A program made the translations under genes and the position numbers. The notes below the pieces were generated by a model. The model saw only the letters and a program-made list of their open reading frames with translations, was not told where the DNA came from and ran no database searches. A DNA stretch of 64,000 bases from Octopus vulgaris (taxonomy: Eukaryota): assembly GCA_951406725.2 (NCBI GenBank), contig OX597814.1:52080001-52144000 (forward strand). The letters are read 5' to 3'. This document shows, piece by piece, positions 12,873 through 27,346 of this stretch (position 1 is the first letter of the stretch; each line of letters opens with the position of its first letter).

Positions 12873-13019
12873 CTGGGATCAATAAAACTAAAGTTCTACA
12901 GTCAATTTAAGAGTTTTACAAAGCAAATCATAATAAAAGACAAAACATTTGATGTAACTGGTTTATTTATGGATTCCTTATATTGGTTCAAGGCCACTTA
13001 TTTTTAGAGAAGGAAAAAA

Positions 13020-13400
13020 AAAAACCGAATTTGTAATGTTCACGTATTTCTGGATAATACTGATGATGAAAGTAAAATCGCACTAACCGAGAATCGGTGT
13101 CAGTGCGTACGTATATGGTAAAATAAATATAAAGTAGACTTTTTTAATAACTGGAGCGAATAAAGTAGGAGAATGTTGGGGTATAAGCAATATATATGAG
13201 CAAATACTAAAGTAATTGCTGTAATAACAGATTTGAGAAAGAGAGAGAGAGAGAGAGAAAAGACCGGTCTGCAAAAGACAGTAAGAACTCAGAAAATGGA
13301 AAACGTGAGAAAACTTGGGAATTAAAAGAAGTTCTTAAGTTATTGAGGGTTTTAATACAAATGTACGTAAGTAGATTCCTGTTCTAAAATAAAAAATAAA
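13020..13400. promoter_or_regulatory. CpG-retaining island with divergent splice donors (possible internal or bidirectional promoter)
   Basis: Local CpG excess against a CpG-poor background. Minus-strand donor G|GTTAGT at 13082-13087 and plus-strand donor GTAAGT at 13367-13372. Confidence 0.35.
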
Positions 13401-14620
13401 TTGAGTATTTCATTTCTGTCACTTCTCCAAGTTGAAAGAGTTCAATAAACCTGGTTGAATCAGCAACACAATATTTTTTCTTTTAATGGTTTGTTACAGG
13501 GATTTCCATACCTAGAAAAATATTTCTTGGCTAATTAACAGGTGTCACGTTCAGTTGACTCTATAGTAAGAAGAATAGCTGCAAGAGAGAATTGAAACCG
13601 GGTCATAGACTCAGCTCGCTTGATAATTGGCTTCAACTCTATGACGTTCGACGAGCATGGATACAGTTAGTTAAAAATCATGGCAAAATAACATTAATTG
13701 TTGCCAGATTGGTTACGAAAAATATTTGGATCCATAAAGGTTTTATATTATATCAATTAACAATGCACTTATATTTCTAGTTATAGCATTCTGTAATGAT
13801 AAAGATTTTTGAAATAATATACAGAATTCCGTAAACTACTTGAAATAATCTAGACTTCACACATTGTTAGATAGAGCTCCCAGGCAAAAACTAATATACT
13901 AATACCCAGTGGCTATTTGTTTTCTTTTTTTATCTATGATAGCAGTTACGACACACTTTAGACGTTACCTTTAAAAGCAGTAACTGAATCTTTAAAAAAA
14001 CTGAAAGGTAAAAAAAGATTAAAATAACACTTCAAAATTATTCATTTCAATGTTAAAATTTAGGCAATGATGTTATTTAAAATTGTGCTAGAGCTCTATA
14101 AAACTTAGTTTCCTTTGAAGGGGTGGTCTCCGTAATTTTGGTTTCAAAAGGAAATGGAGAGGGAATTCTATTTCGAGTAGCAGAAATTTTATACGTAAAC
14201 TTTCATTGAAATTAAAATTCTTCGAAAAGGAATGATTGAAAAAAGTGTTGTTAATGAACAGGTTATAAAAAGAAGAAAAAAATCATTGCTTTTCTCTTAA
14301 TATAATTTTTACGTTGACATCCTTTCCGTGTCTGTGGTAAAACACCCGGCTCTGGCGAAAGTAAAAGATAAAAAGTCACACCCGTATGTAACATGAGAAA
14401 TACGTTAGTAAAAGCTCACCCTTAGCTTTCATGTTGAAGGGCACTTAGTAGAGTGATGTTAAGTGTTTCCAAGTCTATAAGAAGGATTATACGTAAGAAT
14501 CAGTAGGGGTGATAAAATAGTCAAATAAATATATTATTGACATTATGGAATTCTGCTATTATTGATGAAAAGAAAAGAGAAGGATTCAAGTAAGAATTAA
14601 ATAATAAAACTGTTACTTAC

Positions 14621-14684
14621 AATAAGTAGAAGCTACCAATTCCTTCATTTCAGTAGAACACAGTTTACTGCCTCGCTTCCCCAT
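14621..14684 (-). CDS. NCS1: First coding exon of a neuronal calcium sensor (NCS-1/frequenin/aplycalcin-like)
   Basis: Acceptor TTCATTTGCAG|T precedes ATG. The 64 coding nt translate to MGKRGSKLCSTEMKELVASTY plus a phase-1 T, then a GTAAGT donor. This matches NCS-1 N-termini (human [22 protein letters not shown]) and has the MGxxxS myristoylation motif. Exact paralogue uncertain; downstream exons not found in the window. Confidence 0.85.
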
Positions 14685-14888
14685 ACTGCAAATGAATGGA
14701 AGCTTATCAAATTGTATGAGTTTTCTTATTTTTACCCTTTTTTTTTCTTTTCCGTTGGAAAAATATCTATATATAATGTAGCTTATGTATTTTCCCGGTG
14801 AGTTGTGTTCTGTTCTTCTTTTCTTTGCGCTTGGCTGAAGAACTACTGGCGCTAAACAGAAGATTTATGAAAACAGGTATAAATATAA

Positions 14889-14948
<60 letters not shown>

Positions 14949-15082
14949 TTATCTATGTGTATTCACGTGTTTCTATATACGTGTGTGCGTAACTAATCAA
15001 ATCTGTTTTGGCTCTCGCGAAGCAGTATAATATCGTGGAATATCAATTAGTGTCACATCAGAATGTTTTCTCTTTGAAATAC

Positions 15083-15620
15083 CTTAGCCACCTGTATGTT
15101 TCCAGTTTTATTTACAACTGTTTAAAGATCCGACATTAAAAGAAATAACACCGAAAATCAGCTGGCTGTAATGTAATCCCTTGTTGAAACAACGTCACTT
15201 TTTTAAAGAACAACAAAGAAGAGAGCAAGGAATAAGGAAAAGAGAGAAAGTATAAAAGAGGAGAGAAGGAATAAAAGCAATTCCGACTCGTGTGAGAAAA
15301 GGATTGTTTTTCTGCAGCGAGATAGCAACTGAAACTGTATTCAAGTCTAATAAGAGTGACAGTATAGAAAAGATGCATTAAGTGTAACTTAACTGCTAAA
15401 ACTCCACGAAGCTGCCTACATTATGTCGTTGGAACACAAACACACAGTTCGCCTCACTGTCACAAATCTAGTTCCATGTGTGTGCATGTGCCTAGTTTCC
15501 AAGCGTATATACAAGTGATTGCGGATTTGTGTACGCACGCACGCACGCATATGCATCGCCTCGCGTGCATGCATCGTTCGCTTACACTTAGAAATGTGAG
15601 TGCATAGTTGCCTATATACA
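15083..15620 (-). promoter_or_regulatory. Putative 5'-UTR exon and CpG-rich promoter of the NCS gene
   Basis: Minus-strand donor AAG|GTATTT at 15077-15082, unique sequence above it, and a CpG-rich block at ~15500-15590. The acceptor directly before the ATG implies an upstream exon. Confidence 0.4.
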
Positions 15621-15734
15621 TACAAGTGAGCGCACAATTATATATGTGTGTGTGTGTGTACATATAAATAAAACATAAATATATGTATATATATTGTGTT
15701 AGGGGTGTAGAACAAACACACACATTTATATATA

Positions 15735-15935
15735 TAGTTAATCCAAACAAGAAAGCACAAAAAAACACAACAACGCGAGGACGTGGAACAAATATAGTAT
15801 TATTGGACGCTCAGGAAAGAAGGAGGGTTTAACGTTTCGAGCGGAGCTCTTCGTCGGAAACATAGGAGAAGGAAAGATCCAGAAAAGGGAAGACAGAGGG
15901 AAAAAAAATCGCCAACGGTACACACGAGGTCACAT
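15735..15935 (-). mobile_element. Short Penelope-pLTR/retrozyme-like module with minimal hammerhead motif (15827-15861)
   Basis: The minus strand reads GTTT-CCGACGA-A-GAGC tcc GCTC-GAAA-CG-TT-AAAC. The module sits in TA/CA microsatellite. Confidence 0.6.
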
Positions 15936-16025
15936 ATAAATGTATATTGGGGGTGTAAAGCAAACACACACACACACACATATATATGATGATGATGATG
16001 ATATATATATATATATATTTATATA

Positions 16026-17570
16026 TCATCATCATTCAGCGTCTGCTTTCCGTGCTGGCATGGGTTAGACGATTTAATTGGGACTGGTAAGCCAAAGAGT
16101 TGTACCGGGTTCCAATATGATTTGACTGGATTCCCTTCCTAACACTGACCACTCCAAGAGTGTAATGGGTGCTTTCTATGTGCCGCTGACACTGGTGCCA
16201 GTTACACAACACTAGAATCGGCCACAACTACAATTTCACTTGGTTTGACAAGTGAAATCGTAGTTGCAACAAGTCTTCTCAAGCACAGCATATCGTCAAA
16301 GATCTTGGTCACTGCCTCATTGAGGCCCAACTTTCGAAGATCATGCTTCACCATCTCGTCCCATGTCTTCCCCAGTCTACGTCTTCCACAATTTCCCTCC
16401 ATAGTTAGAGAGTTGCATTTCTTTACACAGCTGTCCTCATCCTTAACCGTCACATGGCTATATCAGTGCATTTGTCTCTCTTGCACACCACATCTGATGC
16501 CTCTTATGCCCAATTTTTCTCTCAAGATACTTACACTCTATCATACATGCACACTGACATTGCACATCCAGCAAAGCATACTAGCTTCATTTCTTTCAAG
16601 CCTTCACATGCCCTCTGCAGTCACAATCCCTGTTTCATTGCCATATAGCATGGCTATTAACACACAGGGATCATACAATCTGCCTTTCACTCTGAGAGAG
16701 AGAGGCCCTTTGTTACCAACAAAGTTAGAAACCCTCTGAACTTTGACCAGCCTATTCGTATTGTAACAGTTATGCTCTTGGAGCATCCCACTGGCATTTG
16801 ATGGAGATTATTTTCTGTACATTTCTAGTGTTTATTGTACCTGTACATCAGCCATGCACAAAGACTGTTTTCCCTGTTAACTTCCTCTGATATTGCTGGG
16901 CCTCTTATATGTCCATAGCTTGCACTGGGAACATCTTATGGAGTTTCTACCTATACCTTTTCTACAGATCAAGCAGGCCCGTCTACCTGAAGAGATTTGC
17001 GATGTGTCTGCTTTCCCACTTATTAAGACTGGGTTTTTGCAAAATTAACTCTAAGGCTCTTTGATTCTAGATCTTGCTTCCACACCTGAAATTTCTTCTC
17101 TAGTTCTGATAGTGATTGAGCTATAAGAACAAGGTTATCAGCATATAGGAGTTCTCAGGGGCAGCCTAATTTAAGTTCCTCTGTTATTGCTTGGAGGACT
17201 ATGACAAACAAGAGGGGGTTTGAGGACTGATCCTTTGTGAGCCCTAATTGTACCCTGAATTCATTACTCATTGCCAACCCTCACCTTACTGACAGCATCC
17301 CTGTACATTGCTTGTACAACTTTCATCTATGCCTACTTTTCACACTGACCACCAGATAAGGGAGCCGGGGACCTTGTCAAAGACATTTTCCATGTCAACA
17401 AAACCAAGTACAGGGGTTTATTTATATTTGGCGAGGTACTTCTCCTGCAGCTACCTTACCAGGTATATGGCATCAGTGGTGCTTCTCCCTGGCACAAAAC
17501 CAAACTGCATCTCATCTAAAATAACCCTCTCCCTAAATTTTTTGTGCTATGACCCTCTCTGTACCTTTCA
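16026..17570 (-). mobile_element. Decayed RTE LINE with 3' UTR and (GAT)n tail
   Basis: ORF fragments LRVKGRLYD...LYG and KTWDEMVKHDLR. Collinear with the 1-1787 element. Confidence 0.9.
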
Positions 17571-17889
17571 ATATATAGTAAAATAATATTTAAGCCTAAT
17601 TTAACCAGTTCTACAAATGAAAAGCATAATACTCTGAAGTTAATTGGGGTGGGGGGCAATGTCAAAAAGACAATTGATTTACTCTGTTTTCAACACAAGC
17701 CAACAAAATATATATATCCATCTTAATGCAAAAAGTGAAAGACACACACACAATGTAAACTCATGTTTTCTCAGTTTGGAATTTTTAACTATATCTTCAA
17801 ATGAAAACATGCATAAACAAGTTTGAAAAAGGAATAAGAATGCCAAAGGAGATTTAAACCCATCAAAAGAGTGGTATCAAATTTTATTA

Positions 17890-18385
17890 GTTTAAGACAG
17901 GAGAAGAAGCTGTGCCCATAGTCTTTGCTGGCCCTCCAAAACCTGCAAAACTGATGCCTTTAACATTTCAATTAAACTGTTGAAAGTCAAGGGCTGCAGG
18001 AAAAACCCACTGGGACGGGATTTCCAGGGGTCTGACATCCAAGGAAGAAAGGTTTGGTTGTAATGCTGGGTCTAGGGGTATTAGACACATTATAGATGAT
18101 GAAAGGAAAGGTGAGAAAAGAGTGCCCGAATGGAGGTCACAGGAGATCAACAAGTTTTGAAGAGTGAAACCATTGTAGTTGCAGTAGAAAAGTAAGAAGA
18201 GTGGACACAGCATTTCTGGGATAAGAAATGTGACTGACTTCACACCAATCAGTCAAGTGGTGTTTTTCTGGGTGAAATCCAGGATATGTGTGTGTATTTC
18301 ATTGCAGGTCTCATTTGAGCTTACTTTCTTTATTAACCTGCCTGTGATACTAGGATCCTGTCTATGCCCACGTGGACAACAGACA
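17890..18385 (-). mobile_element. 3' end of an old CR1/L2/Jockey-superfamily LINE
   Basis: FYCNYNG ... WVFPAALDFQQFN resembles the conserved ORF2 C-terminus pattern FYRYYxG...WNxLPxxVFP...LQxFK. Confidence 0.55.
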
Positions 18386-18389
18386 TTAA

Positions 18390-19950
18390 ACGATAATGAT
18401 GATTACTAAAACCTTAGTCTTTACTAAGTTTACCTTGAGGCCTTTTGATTCTAGGTTCAACTCCCTTGTCTGGAATTTCCCCTCTAATTCACCTATAGAT
18501 TTAGCTAAGAAAACTAGATCATCAGTGTATAAGAGTTCCCACGGACAGCCAGTCGTAAACTCAACTCTGATGCCTTGATGAACTCCTAACTTCACACTGA
18601 AATTGTCAGCTCTCACTCCACTTGCTGCATCTTTGTACATAGCTTGCACAACCCTCATAAGCCATTCATCTTCATCTGGTTTCCTCAGTAACCACCAAAT
18701 TACTGAGCTCTGCATCTAGTCAAACACCTTCTCCAAATCAACAAAAGCTAAGAATAGTGGTTTATTCTTAACCAAGTATTTCTGATGTTGTTTCCTCTTA
18801 AGAAAGATTACATCAGTGACTTCTTCCAGGCACAAAGGCAAACTGCACTTCATCTAGGTCTACTTTGTGCCTACCCACAGGCAGACAGGCAGGCATGATA
18901 TTGAGAAAGAGGGATGATTACTAAAAGGAAATGGTTCCAAGAAGAGGGGTAACCAATAGCACAAAAGGGAATAAAATATTTGCAGTTCTGCTCTTATATG
19001 AGTACAGTAGCTGATTAGTGATGTAGTTAGTAGAGTAGTGGGGGGAGAATGGGGGTTAGGAAGATGAGAAGCAGAGAAGATTTGACAGGGACAAATTGAG
19101 TGCAGTGGCAGAGTATAAATAGTAATTTGCCCTGGCACAAAACCAAACGGCATTTCATCTAGTCTAATTCTTTTCCTAATTAATTGGCCTCTAACTCTTT
19201 CCATAACTTTCAAAACCTGGTCCAACAATTCTATCTAAGATATATCTTTTATTCATGTGCAATGCTGTCACACCAGCCATTGAGTATGATACAGCCAGAT
19301 TAACTATATGGGTGACAATGCCAAACATAGCTCCACCAAATATTTTAAACATCTCAACAAGTGATTCCTGTTGGACCAGAAACTTTTCTTACCTTCATAT
19401 TCTTAATTGCTTTATCCATTATACTGCTGTTGATGAGGATAGCTGGTCACTTTGTTGGGAGGACCTTCTGCACCCATGTATTCTCCACATTTAATACCAT
19501 TTTAGCTTTTCACAGTAGCACTTCTCTGACTCCTTATTATGAAAATCATTTAGTACAAGTGTACTGTTATTCATCTGCACACACTTCTCATCCTTAGCAT
19601 ATTGATTCTCTCTGATACACTGTCTTGCAATCCACAATATCTCATGTCTGACCCTCGTGATGCAGAACAGTGACAAACCTCTTACTTTCTACTTCTCCCT
19701 TTGTTAATTAAACATGTCACCTAGCTTCCCTTCTAGTTGCTGGATATAATTTTCTGCTGTCTCCATTTTACCAATCTTTCCAAGAAGTCCTTTTACTTCT
19801 CAAATTACTGTCTCAGAGGTCTCTATCCATAGTTTTTTACCACCTTTACATTTTGCATGTACCTAGTTCTTGTCTCTCTGCCTGGATAATTCCACTGACT
19901 TCCTTAAGGGCAAGGCTTTCTTTAGCATCTGCTGTAGCATCTAGGACCTT
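18390..19950 (-). mobile_element. Decayed RTE LINE fragments interrupted by a purine-rich segment (~18870-19125)
   Basis: GVHQG, GCPWELLYTDD and LDQVLKVMERV...DEMPFGFVPG motifs. Confidence 0.85.
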
Positions 19951-20750
19951 CCATTTCCTGTCAGTTTCCAGTATAGGCAGTACTGGTCTCACCACTCAAT
20001 CCTTGGAGTATTTTAACATCATCTGTAAACTCGTCTTTCTTGCTTTGATTTCTTCACAACTGATCTAAGTAGCAACTTCAATTTTGGCTGGCAGCAGTTT
20101 AGGGCGAAATTTGATAGTTTAGGAGGCACCCTAGCCATTTCCTGGTGAATTTGTTAATCTTCACTTCTATTGCCTCAACTGTACTTGTAACAATTTTCTA
20201 CATGAGTAGTGGCCACAGCAACACCTAGGTATAAGCATATGTTGGAGGCACCAGACTTTGTATTTCTCTAGCAATGGGCAGCAGCCAACTTTCACCTTCA
20301 TCTGTGTGCGCGTGCATGCACATGCATTTGTTTGTATGGATGCGTAATACACATACACACACGTACACATTACATATGAATGTGCATGTATGTATAAGTT
20401 GTGTGTGTGTGTACGTGCATTTTGAGAGACATGACACATTATCAAAAGACATTGGCTCAGTAAACAGTTTCACAATCCACTTCTTATATTCCATGTGGTT
20501 TGACAATAACCATCATATCTGTATAGGCTAGCATGTGGAGTTTGAGCTACATTATATATTAATAAGAAATGCAGAACAATAGCATGTTATATAAAGTTCA
20601 AAAATACCAGTTACATTTTCTGCATTTCATATATATGTGAGTGTATGTTTACGTACATACATACATACATACATACATACATACACATACATATATACAT
20701 ACACGTGTGTGTGTGTATTTGTGAATGCATGGATATATGTGTGTGTACAT

Positions 20751-23351
<2,601 letters not shown>

Positions 23352-23884
23352 TATATATATAAATATGTATATATATATATATATATCACTGAAGAAAAGG
23401 TGTGGTGTGTGTGTGTGTGTACATGTGCATATATGTATGTATATAGATGTCTATATTTTTATGCATATATATATATCAAAAGAATTGCTTATGAATGTAT
23501 ATCTCAAGCTATATGGACCAGTCAGTGCATGGAATTTGAATGTTTTAATTATTCTTTTGTAGTGAAATAAAAATGAAAAATAACAAGAAATCACTATGAG
23601 CTCTGATATCTTGTCTTTCTCAGTCTTAATGGCATTGGAATCTTCCTTATTAGCATCTTTGTTTTGATAAGAAGCCTTTGACTATTACCATATACGTATT
23701 TAAATAAATTCCTTGATTCATTTCACCACAAAAAGTGGGTTCTGTGGAAATCAAGTTTCTATAAAATTGCTGTCCAACTGCTTAAAATTCTTAAGTTTAT
23801 TTTTAGTCATTTGTTATACAATCTCTGATAATTTGGTGATGTGATCTTATTGATGTTATTCTTTGCATAGTATGCATTTTCATT

Positions 23885-24133
23885 CTGCACTGGTGCCACA
23901 TAAAAATCTCCCGTGCTGGTGCCACGTAAAAAGCGCTTATGCTGGTGCCACATAAAACACCCAGTACACTCTGTAAAGTAGTTGACATTAGGAAGGGCAT
24001 CCAGCCATAGACACAATGCCAAAACAGACAACTGGAGCCTGGTGCATCCCTCTGGTTTGCTAGCTCCTGTTAAACCATCCAACCCATGCCAGCATGGAAA
24101 ACAGATGTTAAATGATGATGATGATGATGATGT
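23885..24133 (+). mobile_element. RTE 3'-UTR fragment with (GAT)n tail
   Basis: Family motif plus CATGCCAGCATGGAAAACAGATGTTAAATGATGATG. Confidence 0.85.
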
Positions 24134-24284
24134 GTAAGAATGTATTGAATAAGTGGGAAATTTTATCTCCATTCAGCCATTAAAACTATGCCTATGCAAA
24201 TATTGAATCATGGCACAGTCTTCTCGTTCATCAGGTCCTTTAAACTGTTCAACTAATGCCAACAGAAACAAACCTTAAATAATA

Positions 24285-24325
<41 letters not shown>

Positions 24326-25307
24326 GACAACGATGATGACAGCAATAACGACAGCGACAACAAATATGTATGTGTGTGTGTACAGACAGGTGAAAGAGGA
24401 CTCAATACATATAATAGATTTCATATATTCATTTGAAGCTGATGATTCACTCCAAACTTCTTGCTTTTGTACATTCAAACCATATCCATTCTATCATTTT
24501 TTTCACCCTTTTTTCAAAACTTATGCAGTTTGGATTACATTATTCAATGAAACACTGATACAAGATGATAGTGTGTAATTTTAAGGCAGATTTGACTGTT
24601 GTTTCAAAAAAGGTTTAGTTACCATGTATAGGCTTCTTAATTGACTCATATATCTTCATTTTGCGTATCCAAGAGAAGTCAGTCTAACAGAACCCATCCT
24701 TCTCTAAGCTAGCACATGAGACATGGAGCTCAGCATGATATGCTAAAGCAACATTATCTCACAGAAACCTCATGACTCACAAGAATGAATTGCACCTTCT
24801 TGTAGTATCTAATTCTATTACTAAATTGCATTAAGTTAAGAGACACTTTTCCATAGATCATTATGCCAGTGAACCACCACCAACTGTTCACCTTGAAGGC
24901 TAGAACACTAACAATTAGGTCAACAGCAGATCCTTCTGTTTTATATAATGTTCCACCAAATAACCTTACTTAGTTATCAGTCATAGAAATATACTTTGGT
25001 AATGAATTAATTTAATAAGTAGTTAGTTGAGAATTCTTCTTTTAACGTCTTATCTTCAAATTTTTACATGTTTTTTCTTTATGTTCCCAATGGGAATATT
25101 AAAATATAGAAAGAAAGAAATAATGCAGGTCTTTAATTGCTTGAGTGAATACAGCTATTTTTTTACAATTCCTTTGTATGGGAACTGCTGTTTAGCAAGA
25201 TAATAGCGTGAATATTTTAAAGTACTGTTCAATCATACAACTTCAGTAATATAGTTGTTGCTATTCACTTAATAAATCTGTTGTGTCTGGGGAGAGTCAT
25301 TTTCTTT

Positions 25308-25408
25308 TTGTGCCTTATAATGTAACACACTCACGAAAATTTTAGGAAAATAAGAATAAGAAATAAGTGGAAATTTTACCGGTGAGTGTGTTACATTATA
25401 AGGCACAA
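25308..25408. repeat. Perfect 27-bp inverted repeat with 47-bp spacer
   Basis: TTGTGCCTTATAATGTAACACACTCAC at 25308-25334 and its reverse complement at 25382-25408. Confidence 0.92.
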
Positions 25409-27293
25409 CAGAATATGCTTCAACACACGAACTCACATAAAGAATCTTGCAAACCAAATCCAAAAACGAAACTTAATAAATCATTTTTCCAAAAGCTATG
25501 AAATTACATACAACATAAATGATGTTGGTGTATTTAGTCAGGAAAATGGTCTTCACTTAACAAAGTAAAAACCAAGTTCAATTACAAATGTCAGCGAAAC
25601 TTTATTTTTGATAATCTTTTTCATAAACTGTTTATGTTAACTTACATGAAACTCAGTGTGCTGAGAGTGACTGAGTATTAAAGGCTAATATGTGAAGGTG
25701 ATGAAGCTGCACTGGTATGGCCATGTTGTTGTTGTTGTTTATTGCTAAGTCAGTCCTAATTGGGCAGGTCTACAACCAAAGGTATTCCAGTCATGACATC
25801 CCATTGCATTAACCCAAACTTCCCTCAAACCACATCCAATATATAAAGTGTGGTTGATGGAGATTTGTTCGCTATTTCTAATGGGTAGAGCAACAACATA
25901 GATCTCAATGTACACCTAATGGGAGGGAAAGATGTTATATATTAACAGTGGAAGAAGCTATAACAGAGAAAGACTAAATAAAATATGAATGAAGCAGTAA
26001 TATCAAGTTTCATCACAGCCAAAAATACATGGAATTCTAAAAGAATGCTCAAGAAGCTATTCTGTAGAATCATCTGACACATATTAATATGAAAGAATAG
26101 TTTTTAAACAAAACTGATGATGAATTGTGTATTATTGTTAAAAAAATATTCATTATCTAAAGCAAAGCTAACAACTTTTTTGATTTCTTTTCTCCACTGA
26201 GTTTGAAATGATACACTTTTCACTCCACAATTCAATGAAATTTTGCAGTATTCTACAAATTCTCCTTTCTAAAAATATAAGTTTGAATCAATTTTTCAAC
26301 ATTAGCAGATGTATTGATACTGTTAAAAAGTATTTGCATCAAGCATAGTCTTCAGTTGAATAAAATTTGATTATCAAGCTATTAACCATCATGTTTTTTT
26401 TTCATTTCTCTTTAAGTAGCATTTCAATTCTTTATCTTTCAAAGGCATTCAAGGTGCCATATTTCTTCAAATTCATGCAACTAGAACTATGATGAAGATG
26501 ATAAGAGCTTTAAAACTTGCATTAGAAATAGGTCTCCTCAGATCATTTAAGACACCAGGGAGATCAATAATTGTAGAAATAGGTACATTAGCATAATCTG
26601 GGAATGTAATAATTCAAACACAATGTTTACCCTGTACTGTAATCTGTGTACACATAAAAATCACAAGATATAGACTCTATATCTTGTGATTTTTTAGTGA
26701 TAAGAATTTTTGTCTATATTATAGACAAAAAGTCTTATTACTAAACCTCAGAGATCTAAACATACAACTTTCAGTGTTTATTTAGTCCCAAGTTGACCCT
26801 GAATAAACACACCTATCATTAAAGATGTTCCAACTGTGACCATTCTGTTGTTCTTTTTTCAGACTACATATCCAATGTAAGCATCTGTGAGTGTGTGCAT
26901 TAGTGTGTGTGTGTATGTGCGCGCATGTGTGTGCATGCATGCATGCATGCATGTGTGCGTGCATGCATGCATGCATGCATATGCATGCACACAAATGTCT
27001 AGAGGTATATGGTTTAGTGGTTAGGGCATTTAGCTCAGAATCATAATGTTATTGGATTAAATTTCTAGACCAGGCTGTGTATTTGAGCAAGGTACTTAAT
27101 TCCATGTTATTCCAGTCCACTCAGTAGCAATGTGCGCTAGCCGAGTGTTCATTACCATAGATGTGTCACTCTTTCACTTCAACTACCACATCCTGGATGT
27201 TCTATTGTGAGGGAGATGAGAGGATATCAAGCAAAAGCTTAGAAAGTATTACCAAGCTGTATTCTGCTCTCTCGTGAGTGAAAATTGGCTGTA

Positions 27294-27343
<50 letters not shown>

Positions 27344-27346
<3 letters not shown>

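Noticed and set aside
13060-13075. CTGATGA-T-GAAA hammerhead core
   Set aside because: No stem II between the two core halves.
26100-26650. Decayed Tc3-like transposase (KKYGTLNAFER*RIEMLL, minus strand)
   Set aside because: Only a faint N-terminal resemblance, with no catalytic motif or paired TIRs seen.
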